A DNA stretch of 64,000 bases from an uncultured delta proteobacterium. GTDB lineage: Bacteria; Myxococcota_A; Polyangia; Fen-1088. Made by a program: the position numbers and the translations under genes. Each line of letters starts with the position of its first letter. Positions within the stretch are counted from its first letter, which is position 1. The notes under the pieces were generated by a model, which was given only the letters and a program-made list of their open reading frames with translations, searched no databases and was not told the DNA's origin. This document shows, one piece after another, positions 27,761-36,261 of the stretch. The stretch is taken from assembly GCA_963755125.1 (NCBI GenBank), contig CAVWIP010000015.1:128001-192000 (forward strand), written 5' to 3'.

Positions 27761-29692
27761 ATGAGCATGCGTACAAAGGTTCTGCTCGGAGCGTTCTTGA
27801 CGATTTCCCTGCTGCCGCTGCAGGCCCGGGCTCACTTTTGCGACGATCTCTGGGCGGGGAGCTACGACATCGTGGTTCGGCCCGCGACAGACACCGTCAC
27901 TCTCTCATCGTCGGGCACGGCGACGATGAACATCACGGTCCAGAACAACATGGGCTTTGCGCTCATCAATTTTGTGCTGACGGCCAAGATTGGCAACACC
28001 GCGATCGCGGCAACCCGGCAGACGGGGAAGATTTCCGGGACCACGTTGCATCCTGGCGAGAGGGCGCAGTACGCCCTGGCAGTCACAGGAACCGCGGGTG
28101 GGTCGGTCCCGATCGAGAACATCAGCTTCTTCGTCAGTTTTGGCAATTCTGGCGAAACCGCCTGCTACCCCACCAAGGGTGCAAACGCGGTGATGGTGAA
28201 GAAGACAGACGGGACGCTCGTCCCTACGGGTACCCCGCCGGGTCTCAGCCCTGCCGTCGACCCCGGAACAGCCAACGGGGGAACTTGCACCGGTGAAATG
28301 GACCAAGCGCGGGCGCTCCAGTACGCCCCTGAGGCGGATTTCATCGACATCGACACCGGATTGAATAGCTTGATGACGTACTACTGCGCGGGACGCGGTT
28401 CGTGGAACCAGAACAGCGACGCGGTCACTGCGGCTGCGTGTACCGGTACTGCCATCAACTGCACCGCGGCGACGCGGACCCTGGGCACAGGTTCGGGAAC
28501 CAAGTATGACTACGCTCACCTGTGGGGATCTCTGGAACTCGCCGTGCGGAAGAGTTCCCTCGGGGCCACCCGTCTCGCCACTTTGCGGCTGGCGCTGCAA
28601 TGTGGGGCCGGTGACGCGAACACCGGTTTCGCGGGCTTTGCCATGATGATGCTCGGCTACCTGGGCGATGATCCGGGGGCGCGCACCTTCCTCACGGGAA
28701 AGGCCGGCGGGACCGGTGACTTGGCCACCATCGCCAAGGCGGCGCTGCTCCTCTTCGGCACCGCGGCCGACGTCAGCAACTACGAGGCCGCGGTCACGGC
28801 TGGGCTGACCGGCGACGTGTTCGTGTCCGCAGCCTGCGCGGCTGCGCTGGGTATCGTGGAAAATGACGACGCGCACGTGACCTCGGTCTTGGTACCCGCG
28901 GCCAAGTGGACGGAGCCCGACACGAGTGACAATGGCCAGGGATTCTACGCACAACATCTGCTGGCACTTGTGGCGTGGGATCGTCGTGGCTGGGCGGCAG
29001 CGGCTGGAGACACGGGGACGGTATCCTTCTACGAGACCGGGACGACCCCGACTGGCGGCAGCACTGGAACAGGCGGGAGCACGGGCGCTGGCGGGAGCGG
29101 CGGGAGCTCGGCTGCTGGCGGGAGCTCGGCTGCTGGCGGGAGCTCGGCTGCTGGCGGGAGCTCGGCTGCTGGCGGGAGCTCGGCTCGCGGCGGAAGCACC
29201 GGGACGCCTGTTGGCGGGAGCTCGGCTGCTGGCGGGAGCACGGCTCGCGGCGGAAGCACCGGGACGCCTGTTGGCGGAAGCACTGGAACGCCTGTTGGCG
29301 GAAGCACCGGGACGCCTGTTGGCGGAAGCACTGGAATGCCTGCCGGCGGGAGCACTGGAACACCCGGCGGCGGGAGCACTGGAACACCCGGTGGCGGAAG
29401 CACTGGAACGCCCGTTGGTGGAAGCACTGGGACTACTGCCGGCGGAAGCCAAGGCAGCAGTGGCGTAACCGGCGGTGGCGGACGCACGGGGTCTGGAACC
29501 AGCGCGAGCACGGGCGGCGGCTCGGGTGCGCAGGGTGGAAATGGCGGCTCGCCAAGCAGCGGCACCGCCAAGCAAGGTGGGTCTGCGGGAGGGTGCGGCT
29601 ATGCACCATCTGGCCGGGCGACCATCCCGCTGGGCTTCACCCTGGCAGGCGTGGGAATGGCTCTGGTTGTGCGTCGCCGTCGGCGCCGCTAG
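27761..29692 (+). CDS. Cys-rich secreted protein with Gly/Ser/Thr linker and MYXO-CTERM-like sorting signal
   Basis: Signal peptide (ARA|H); C-terminal GGCGYA, hydrophobic stretch, RRRRR; AAGGAG SD. Confidence 0.85.
   Translation: MSMRTKVLLGAFLTISLLPLQARAHFCDDLWAGSYDIVVRPATDTVTLSSSGTATMNITVQNNMGFALINFVLTAKIGNTAIAATRQTGKISGTTLHPGERAQYALAVTGTAGGSVPIENISFFVSFGNSGETACYPTKGANAVMVKKTDGTLVPTGTPPGLSPAVDPGTANGGTCTGEMDQARALQYAPEADFIDIDTGLNSLMTYYCAGRGSWNQNSDAVTAAACTGTAINCTAATRTLGTGSGTKYDYAHLWGSLELAVRKSSLGATRLATLRLALQCGAGDANTGFAGFAMMMLGYLGDDPGARTFLTGKAGGTGDLATIAKAALLLFGTAADVSNYEAAVTAGLTGDVFVSAACAAALGIVENDDAHVTSVLVPAAKWTEPDTSDNGQGFYAQHLLALVAWDRRGWAAAAGDTGTVSFYETGTTPTGGSTGTGGSTGAGGSGGSSAAGGSSAAGGSSAAGGSSAAGGSSARGGSTGTPVGGSSAAGGSTARGGSTGTPVGGSTGTPVGGSTGTPVGGSTGMPAGGSTGTPGGGSTGTPGGGSTGTPVGGSTGTTAGGSQGSSGVTGGGGRTGSGTSASTGGGSGAQGGNGGSPSSGTAKQGGSAGGCGYAPSGRATIPLGFTLAGVGMALVVRRRRRR
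29099..29430 (+). repeat. in-frame tandem repeats (18-bp GGSSAA and 24-bp GGSTGTPV units)
   Basis: GGCGGGAGCTCGGCTGCT x4 perfect (29099-29170) plus a near copy, then about 8 GGSTG(T/M)xx units. Confidence 0.95.
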
Positions 29693-29832
29693 CGCTGGCA
29701 ATGAGCCTGCCTCAGTTCACCCGTCGCTCGGACCATGGGCCGCGGGTGACGGTATCCAACTATGTGTGGTCGGTCCGGATCATCGCTTGACTTGTGGCCT
29801 GGCTGCGCGGCATACATTCGCCCTCGACCACA

Positions 29833-29876
29833 TTGCGCCCGTAGCTCAACTGGATAGAGCATCGGCCTACGAAGCC
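29833..29876 (+). repeat. attL: 44-bp direct repeat = TT + 5' 42 nt of tRNA-Arg(ACG)
   Basis: TTGCGCCCGTAGCTCAACTGGATAGAGCATCGGCCTACGAAGCC, identical to 42691-42734; no T-arm or 3' acceptor strand follows. Confidence 0.96.
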
Positions 29877-30151
29877 CACGGGTAATTGTGCGCAATTGTT
29901 GGCAAAAATGCGCTATCCTCCGCAAAACAAGGGGGTTCAGTTGTGTGCGGCCACAGTGGGCGCGAACGGCTGCGCAAGGGCGATTGGGCAGGTTTTAGGA
30001 ACAAACAGCAACAGAATGGCAACAGTCGAGTTAGACTAACAATCCGTGGGCAGTCAGTCGGCTTGATCACCGGCTGACGGGCCGGGTAGCACTTCCCCCG
30101 GCCCAGCCCGCGGACCTTTCGGGTGGGAGTGCAGACCAGGGAAGTGCAACC

Positions 30152-31357
30152 GTGACAAGCCCGAAAAAGCAGCGCCAGGCGAAGCCAGCCAACGAAGGAC
30201 GGGCGATTGACGGGCAGGTGGGCAAGGATGCCCCGGACGGCGCGAACGCCCCGCCAGCGCAGGCGCCGAGGCCCGCCCCGGGCGCGCGGGCCGCACCGAC
30301 GAAGCGAGCCTTCGCAGCACGCGGGTTTGCGGCCCGGATGGGGAAGGGGGCCAAGGACGCGGCCAGGGGCACGCAGAAGCGAGGGGCGAGCGCTTGGCCG
30401 GTTGCCCGCCCGAGGCCAGCCGCGCTCAGGCTGACACCCGAGCAGCAAACGCAAGCCATAGCCGAGCACCTGAAGGCCCACCCGAAGCCCGCCACGCCTA
30501 TGCCGACTTCCGACGAAGCGATCCGACAGGTGCGCGACAAGTGGAACGCGGAGCACCCTGGTAAGCCCCTGCCAGCGCTGCGGGAACGCAAGACAGCCAG
30601 TGAGGCGAAGCCGCCCCCGGTGGGCAGCGAGGCCAGGGACGGCGAGAACGGGCCGCAGGCAAGCAGTGGAGCGGCCCGGGCGGCACAGGATGGCCAGGAC
30701 GACGCGAAGGCCGCGCAAACGAATCCCAGCGAGTCATGGCGGATCGCGAAACTACTCGACAGAGCGAACCACGTGAAGGGCGCCGCGGTATCTTCCGAAG
30801 GCGGCAAACTCGTTGTGAGGGGCAAGCTACCGCCGAAGCTGGCTGCGGCCATCCATGCGAACGAGGCCGCGATCCTGGAGTGTTTGGACGAGTCCCCCAG
30901 TGAAGTACTCGGCCCGGCCGCCTTTCTTGACTACAACGCGGCTTCGCCCCACCCGGCACCGGGTCAGATGGTTGTTTACCATGACCCGGCCGACTTTCAG
31001 GACTACAACGTGAACCCCGACGGCTCGGCGAAACCCCACCCGGCCCCGCCTCTGTGTGAGGGCGCGATTATCACACAGGGCAACACCCCAGAGCAGCGCC
31101 TCGCAGTTCTGCAACTCAATTACGACAATCTCGCCCTTCGCCTGAAAATCCATGGGGGCACGGTCAAGACGAAGGCCAAAGCCGAGGAGGAGCGCCGCAA
31201 GACACAGGCGATATTCGACAAGCACGCGGCGGGAAACAAAAGCCGGCCGAAGTGCATTGTTCTCACCGCGCGCGAGCGATACCCGAAACTCTCGATCACT
31301 ACCGCGATTCGCAAGGTGCGCCGCCAGTTGGAGCGACCGAAAATGACCAAGGGCTAG
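30152..31357 (+). CDS. hypothetical protein (low-complexity N-terminus, TubC-N-like domain, basic C-terminus)
   Basis: 401-aa ORF, first gene of the element; segment LLDRANHVKG...GGKLVVRGKLPPKLAAAIHANEAAILECL. Confidence 0.6.
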   Translation: MTSPKKQRQAKPANEGRAIDGQVGKDAPDGANAPPAQAPRPAPGARAAPTKRAFAARGFAARMGKGAKDAARGTQKRGASAWPVARPRPAALRLTPEQQTQAIAEHLKAHPKPATPMPTSDEAIRQVRDKWNAEHPGKPLPALRERKTASEAKPPPVGSEARDGENGPQASSGAARAAQDGQDDAKAAQTNPSESWRIAKLLDRANHVKGAAVSSEGGKLVVRGKLPPKLAAAIHANEAAILECLDESPSEVLGPAAFLDYNAASPHPAPGQMVVYHDPADFQDYNVNPDGSAKPHPAPPLCEGAIITQGNTPEQRLAVLQLNYDNLALRLKIHGGTVKTKAKAEEERRKTQAIFDKHAAGNKSRPKCIVLTARERYPKLSITTAIRKVRRQLERPKMTKG

Positions 31358-31433
31358 CCTTGTCCGCGTTTCGACAGCGCAAACCACTGTAGCGATTGTC
31401 TGTTGCATCTATTCGGTTCACAACAGAACCGAG

Positions 31434-31643
31434 ATGCTCGAACTACATCCCAGTCTGACCGCGACTGAGAAAGCAGCGCTCCGCTCCTACCTCGCGAGTT
31501 GCAAACACCGCTTTGCGGCCCAGGTGCTGGGACTGGCGCGCAATACGATTTACCGGGCGCTAAAGGGTGAGGAGCCCCTCCGGCCCGGCAGCGTCTTGCA
31601 GATCCGCGCCGGCCTGGCCGCGCAATCGGAGCCGACGCCGTGA
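31434..31643 (+). CDS. small helix-turn-helix protein
   Basis: AAQVLGLARNTIYRAL HTH pattern. Confidence 0.7.
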   Translation: MLELHPSLTATEKAALRSYLASCKHRFAAQVLGLARNTIYRALKGEEPLRPGSVLQIRAGLAAQSEPTP

Positions 31644-31704
31644 CGCTCGACGCCGCCCTTGCTGAAGTTGTGCGCGAGGCGGTTGCGCCGCTGGAGCCGC
31701 AGCG

Positions 31705-32037
31705 ATGACAGGCGAAGCCGGCAGCATCGAAGCTGTCATAGCCGGCGCCGTAGTTGCGCAACTCATACCGGAAATTCAGCGAGTCGTCCGCGCCGAACTG
31801 GCCGCGCAGTTGGCGGCATTGCACGCGCCCGCCGCGCAAGCGCCCGAGCTGCTGTCAGTCCGCGAATTTGCGAAGCGGGCGGGATTGTCGACGTGCACGA
31901 TCCGCCGTCGCGTGGCCGATGAGAGCCTGCCGCACATCGTGGTGGGAACCACGATCCGCATCCCGTCGAGCGCGCTGCGGCCAGCGGACCCGGCGGACGT
32001 GGCTCAAATGGCCAGGGCTGCAAGGACTGGAACATGA
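31705..32037 (+). CDS. excisionase-like (HTH_17/AlpA-like) DNA-binding protein
   Basis: LLSVREFAKRAGLSTCTIRRRV...LPH..VG..IRIP; ATGA-coupled to the primase. Confidence 0.82.
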   Translation: MTGEAGSIEAVIAGAVVAQLIPEIQRVVRAELAAQLAALHAPAAQAPELLSVREFAKRAGLSTCTIRRRVADESLPHIVVGTTIRIPSSALRPADPADVAQMARAARTGT

Positions 32038-34124
32038 CCGACACGTCCTCGCCCATAATGACCGCGGGCCTGGACTACACCGCGCGCGGGTATCACGTGC
32101 TGGTGCTTGCGGAGGGCTCGAAGATTCCGCCCAAGGGAAGCCGCGGACTGGACGACGCGACCGCGGAGCCGGAGAAACTCAAACAGTTCCTTGCCACCAA
32201 CCCGCGGGGCAACCTCGCATTCAACTGTGCGGCGTCCGGCGTGGTCGCCATCGACATCGACGTAGACCATGGCGGCGGCATCGACGGCCGCGCGACTATG
32301 GCGGCGCTCACGGCCGAATTGGGACCGCTGCCTCAGACAGTTGAGGCGGTAACTGCAAGGGGTGGCACGCACCTGATATTTGCGGCGCCTGCCGGTATTG
32401 AGTTTCGGGGCAATCTCGGGCCAGGTGTTGACCTCCGGCACCGCGCCTATATTTGCGTGTGGCCGAGCGTCTGGTCAGAAACCGGCACCGGGTGGCGCTG
32501 GGTTCTCTCGCCACTAGACCGGATGCCCGCGGAATTGCCCGCGGCGTGGCTCGCTCGCATGATGAAGCTCGCGGCGCCGGTGGCCACTGCCCCAGCGGCT
32601 TTCAAGCCATGTACGACGGGCGGCACGCCTTGGGGGAACAAAGGCCGGGCCGATGAACTCGAAACGCTGCGAACCGCGCCAGTGACTACGCGCAACCGCA
32701 TGGCCAACAAAGTGTCTTTCAACCTGGCGCAACTTCACGCCGGCGGCGAGCTCCCGGACGTTCGCGAGGAAATCTTCGCGGCGTGCGTAGCGAACGGACT
32801 GGTCAGAGACGACGGCGAAAGAAAGACCCGTGCCTCCATCGAATCCGGCTGGTCTGCGGGATTGAAAGAGCCACGAAGCGCACCCAGGAAGGATCGGCCC
32901 AGGTCCACCACCACCAAGACGGCGCCCGCGTCCACTGTGGCGCCAGGACAAACGAGCGCAGCGCCGACTGAGACGCCGGCAAAGTTGACGTTTAGGTCAA
33001 CGGACGCCATCCCAGAAGAACCGATCACATGGCTCTGGCAGCAGCAGCTAGCGCTGGCGGTGGCGACGCTATGGAGTGCTGACCCTGGAATCGGAAAGAC
33101 TTTGCTGGCACTCGACATTGTGGCTCACGTTTCCAGTGGGCGACGGTTGCCGGGAAATGCGTTTGTGCGAGAGCCCGCCCACGTTCTCTTGATCAACTAC
33201 GAAGATGACCTCGCCAAGTCGATTGTTCCGCGGCTGCGTGCCGCTGGGGCGGATCTGTCGAGGGTCCATGCGCTCGATTTTGCCACCTCTGAAATCACAC
33301 TGCCCGAATCTTGGGCGGACATCGCCGCAGAAATCGCGCACTGGAAAGCGGAGCTGGTGATCGTCGATCCGATCCAAGCGTTCTTCTCTCGTGACCTGTC
33401 GTCCAACAATGACAGCGACGTGCGCAAGGCGCTCCGCGACGGTGTCACCGTTGCCCGCGCGCACAACTGCGCAATGCTTTGGATTCGCCACTGCAACAAG
33501 CTACAGGGCGTTTCCGCACTGGCCAAGGGCGGCGGATCAATCGGCTTCACAGGAATCGTTCGTCACGAAGCCATGCTCGGCCAGGCCGAGGAGGATCCCG
33601 ACGGCCGAATCATCGCCTGTGTGAAGTCCAACCTTTCCCGCAAGCCACCGTCCCGGGCGTTTAAGATCGTAGAGGAAGGCGGCGTCCCACGCATCGAATG
33701 GGGCGACACGTGCGCGACCTCGGCGGACGATCTGGCCCGCGCGTCCGGGCGCCAGGACAAGGGCGCCGACGCGGCCGTGCTACTCCAAGAGGCGCTATCC
33801 GCTGGCCCGCGCCGGCAGAAGGAAATCGAAGCGCTAGCAAAGGAAAAACACCTCGGCTGGCGCACCGTCCAGGCGGCAAAGAAAGCCTTGGACGTGAAGA
33901 GTCAGAAACTCGACGGCGCCTGGTGGTGGACCCTCCCCCCTACCACCACTGCGGCCTTGCATCCTTGCGCCCTTAGCACACCGTGCGTTGTTCCCTTAAA
34001 TAATAATAACTACTTAGATGAGGAAGGATGCAACACCGCAACACCGCAAGGACGCAATGACGTAGAGGCCCCCCCTGCTTTGCGGCCTTCCCTGACGGAC
34101 GAAGACCCCGAGGTGATCTCGTGA
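32034..34124 (+). CDS. bifunctional DNA primase/polymerase (Prim-Pol) fused to AAA_25/RepA-like helicase
   Basis: K.PP, DAT, N.A...GVVAIDIDV, T.RGGTHLIF, GVDLR; Walker A ADPGIGKT, YEDD, Walker B LVIVDP, IRHCNK, GGSIG, KSNL. Confidence 0.92.
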   Translation: MTDTSSPIMTAGLDYTARGYHVLVLAEGSKIPPKGSRGLDDATAEPEKLKQFLATNPRGNLAFNCAASGVVAIDIDVDHGGGIDGRATMAALTAELGPLPQTVEAVTARGGTHLIFAAPAGIEFRGNLGPGVDLRHRAYICVWPSVWSETGTGWRWVLSPLDRMPAELPAAWLARMMKLAAPVATAPAAFKPCTTGGTPWGNKGRADELETLRTAPVTTRNRMANKVSFNLAQLHAGGELPDVREEIFAACVANGLVRDDGERKTRASIESGWSAGLKEPRSAPRKDRPRSTTTKTAPASTVAPGQTSAAPTETPAKLTFRSTDAIPEEPITWLWQQQLALAVATLWSADPGIGKTLLALDIVAHVSSGRRLPGNAFVREPAHVLLINYEDDLAKSIVPRLRAAGADLSRVHALDFATSEITLPESWADIAAEIAHWKAELVIVDPIQAFFSRDLSSNNDSDVRKALRDGVTVARAHNCAMLWIRHCNKLQGVSALAKGGGSIGFTGIVRHEAMLGQAEEDPDGRIIACVKSNLSRKPPSRAFKIVEEGGVPRIEWGDTCATSADDLARASGRQDKGADAAVLLQEALSAGPRRQKEIEALAKEKHLGWRTVQAAKKALDVKSQKLDGAWWWTLPPTTTAALHPCALSTPCVVPLNNNNYLDEEGCNTATPQGRNDVEAPPALRPSLTDEDPEVIS
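33949..34061. repeat. putative replication origin: 8-bp-period iterons in two inverted arrays around an AT-rich core
   Basis: Left (C/T)TGC at 33949, 33957, 33965; core TAAATAATAATAACTACTTAGAT; right GCAA at 34030, 34038, 34046, 34054. Confidence 0.7.
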
Positions 34125-34681
34125 CCGCCGCGTCCATCATCACCCTTTGCGCGTCCCGTGGTCTGCGTCTCTCACCTGCTGGTGACGGTGTACGGGTGGA
34201 CGGTCCCAAGGCCGTGAGAGATGAACTGCGCGAGTCGATTCGCGAGCACAAGAAGGAACTGGCGAGCCTGCTGCGAGCTGGCCGTGTCGCCGAGGTGCGC
34301 GTGTTCTACAGCCAAGCCTTCACGCGCCTTGGTGCCCTGTACCCGGACAGCATGATCGGCGACCTGTGGCCCAGCATCGCCAGGGAGCACCCCGCCTTGG
34401 CGAGCGCCATCAACACGGCAGAACAGGCGGCGGACGCGGCCGGGCTCGCCTACCAGTCAGGCGACGCACCCGACGCCGCGCCGTTCCTGGCCGCGCTGGC
34501 GACATGGGAAGCGGTCTGGCGGGAGGCCATCGAGGCAGTCACGGGTGATACCTGCAGCGACTGCGGCCGGCGCGCCGTGGTGCTCGTTGGCGTGGACTAC
34601 GATCCCGCGCTGAGATACTGCCCGCGCTGTCTCCGGCCCGCGCCCATCGGCACCCCAGCGAAAGGCCGCGCCCATGCGTGA
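34121..34681 (+). CDS. TubC-N-like domain + helical domain + C-terminal zinc ribbon
   Basis: RGLRLSPAGDGVRVDGP...LRESIREHKKEL; CSDC...CPRC; GTGA overlap. Confidence 0.72.
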   Translation: MTAASIITLCASRGLRLSPAGDGVRVDGPKAVRDELRESIREHKKELASLLRAGRVAEVRVFYSQAFTRLGALYPDSMIGDLWPSIAREHPALASAINTAEQAADAAGLAYQSGDAPDAAPFLAALATWEAVWREAIEAVTGDTCSDCGRRAVVLVGVDYDPALRYCPRCLRPAPIGTPAKGRAHA

Positions 34682-35081
34682 GAATTGCCCCTTCCCGGCT
34701 ACGCAAGCCAACGCGCTACCCGCCGCTGTGCCGACGGTGAGCCCACCTTCCCCGCGCGGTGTGGCTGGCCATAGTGTGGCCAAGTATCCCCATCGGCGCG
34801 TTTTTGTGGACGCATCATGGCGAAGCGCCCGAGCTTGGATTGAGCGCGCCTACCCCTCCGGTCTGGACGCCGCACGGCCCGAGCTGGTGACCGCTTACCC
34901 CGAGCTGGCGGCGAACGTCGACCGCTTGGAGCTGGCGGCACACCAGGCGGCCAACGTGTTTGAGAACACGCCGGAAGCCACGGGCGACGCGTTCCAGGTG
35001 GCGCTGAGAACGTGGGAAGCGGCCGTGTTGGATGCGTGCGCGGCGCTCGCTAGCGTGCCCCCGGGAAGGGCGACGCCATGA
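34674..35081 (+). CDS. hypothetical protein, paralogue of the middle domain of 34121-34681
   Basis: Shared YP...P.LA.....E.AA...F..AL.TWEA pattern; overlaps both neighbours. Confidence 0.7.
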   Translation: MRENCPFPATQANALPAAVPTVSPPSPRGVAGHSVAKYPHRRVFVDASWRSARAWIERAYPSGLDAARPELVTAYPELAANVDRLELAAHQAANVFENTPEATGDAFQVALRTWEAAVLDACAALASVPPGRATP

Positions 35082-35290
35082 CCAGCACCGCGACCGCGAA
35101 CCGCGAGCCGTGCGCCACCTGCGGCACGACCGCATGGGTTGAAGCTGTGTTCTCGAATGGCGCGCTCTACTGCGCCGATTGCGCGGCCGAGATTCGCCGG
35201 GTTCAAGAGTCGCCGGCCATGCCGCCCACCAAGAGTCAGGCGGCGCAGTTATCGCTGTGGATGCAGCCGCACCGAGGCGCGCGCCCATGA
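35078..35290 (+). CDS. small zinc-ribbon protein
   Basis: CATC...CADC; ATGA overlap. Confidence 0.6.
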   Translation: MTSTATANREPCATCGTTAWVEAVFSNGALYCADCAAEIRRVQESPAMPPTKSQAAQLSLWMQPHRGARP

Positions 35291-35499
35291 CTTCAAGATT
35301 TCCGCTCCGACCTGTCGACGGTGTTTCTTCGTCCGCTGGCGGCTTCTGGCCGCAATCGCGGGTTTCCGTGTGCCCCGCGTGCTCGGCCGGTCGGAGCGGA
35401 TCTATTTCCCTGCCCTCGGGCGTGTCGGCGGTACTCCTGCCGCTCGTCCGCCGCAGCCCCTTTCCTGCGGTTTGGCACGCCCCGAGGGCGGGAACCTAA
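35287..35499 (+). CDS. possible small hypothetical protein
   Basis: ATGA-coupled 70-aa ORF with CPAC; fills a gap in the operon, no recognisable family. Confidence 0.3.
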   Translation: MTSRFPLRPVDGVSSSAGGFWPQSRVSVCPACSAGRSGSISLPSGVSAVLLPLVRRSPFPAVWHAPRAGT

Positions 35500-35509
35500 T
35501 TCGAGGTGA

Positions 35510-36013
35510 ATGATGTCCGCTAAGCGTCGCCCACCAAAGCCGCCCGCCGACGGGACCGACACGAAGCCAAGCCTGCGCATCGTGGACACCAAGGGACACG
35601 CAGACGACGGCGAGCCACCTGACGGCCTGGACGCGCGAGAGGCCCTTTTTGTCGAAGGCGTGGCGGCTGGCAAGACTCTCGACGAGGTATGCGGACCGCT
35701 CGGCATCTGCGCGCGCACAGGTCGCAGGTGGCGAAGCCGACCCCAGGTTGACGAGGCGATCCGCGCGCGTCTGTCGGAGAACGTATCAGTAGGCCGCGCG
35801 ATTTTGTCGAGCGGTTTCGCGCGCGCCAGCCGGGCGCTTGTGGACATGAGCGACGGCACAGAAGCGGCGGAATCCGCGCGCGTGAGCGCGGCCCGCGCCG
35901 TCGTCGAGAACGTCACGCGGCTGACCGACCTTGCCGAAATCGAGCGGCAGATCGCAGAGCTGAAAGCCGCGCTCGCTGAGCCGTCGACCTTCACCACCAG
36001 AAAGGGATTCTAA
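35510..36013 (+). CDS. HTH protein resembling terminase-small-subunit-like/phBC6A51-type proteins, with C-terminal coiled coil
   Basis: L..RE.LF...VAAGKTLDEVC..LGIC.RT..RW...P; ARVSAARAV; LAEIERQIAELK; GAGG SD. Confidence 0.65.
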   Translation: MMSAKRRPPKPPADGTDTKPSLRIVDTKGHADDGEPPDGLDAREALFVEGVAAGKTLDEVCGPLGICARTGRRWRSRPQVDEAIRARLSENVSVGRAILSSGFARASRALVDMSDGTEAAESARVSAARAVVENVTRLTDLAEIERQIAELKAALAEPSTFTTRKGF

Positions 36014-36015
36014 CC

Positions 36016-36261
36016 ATGCGTTCACTCGAAGGACTGAAAACGAAACTCGCCGAGCTACTGGCCACCCATCGCGCCCGCGCGGCCGGGCCATCGTCGGAAC
36101 CGTTGCGCACCAGTGAGGAGTGGCGCCGCGAGGTGGATCGGTTGCTCGCTGAGGCGGAAGCGCCCGGCGGCGACTCGGAAGCGCTGTCACCGGAGGCACG
36201 GAAGCTGATCGACGAAGTGGCGGAGCTCCAACGGCGCGACCTGGAAAGGGACCGAACATGA
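36016..36261 (+). CDS. small helical hypothetical protein (starts MRSLEGLKTK)
   Basis: 81 aa; AAAGGG SD; N-terminus identical to the next gene. Confidence 0.75.
   Translation: MRSLEGLKTKLAELLATHRARAAGPSSEPLRTSEEWRREVDRLLAEAEAPGGDSEALSPEARKLIDEVAELQRRDLERDRT

Noticed and set aside
29099..29430. Regular short repeats as a possible CRISPR array
   Set aside because: Units abut with no unique spacers, are multiples of 3, encode a Gly/Ser linker inside a CDS, and no cas genes are present.
29787..29818. TTGACT...TACATT as the native tRNA promoter
   Set aside because: The spacing is 20 nt, too long to call with confidence; a promoter is expected here but not pinned down.
29835..29876. Third functional tRNA-Arg
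   Set aside because: The sequence diverges within the anticodon stem; there is no T-arm or 3' acceptor strand. It is the attL fragment.
30053..30078. Hairpin GTCAGTCGG/CCGGCTGAC after attL as an intrinsic terminator
   Set aside because: No U-tract follows; function cannot be supported from sequence alone.
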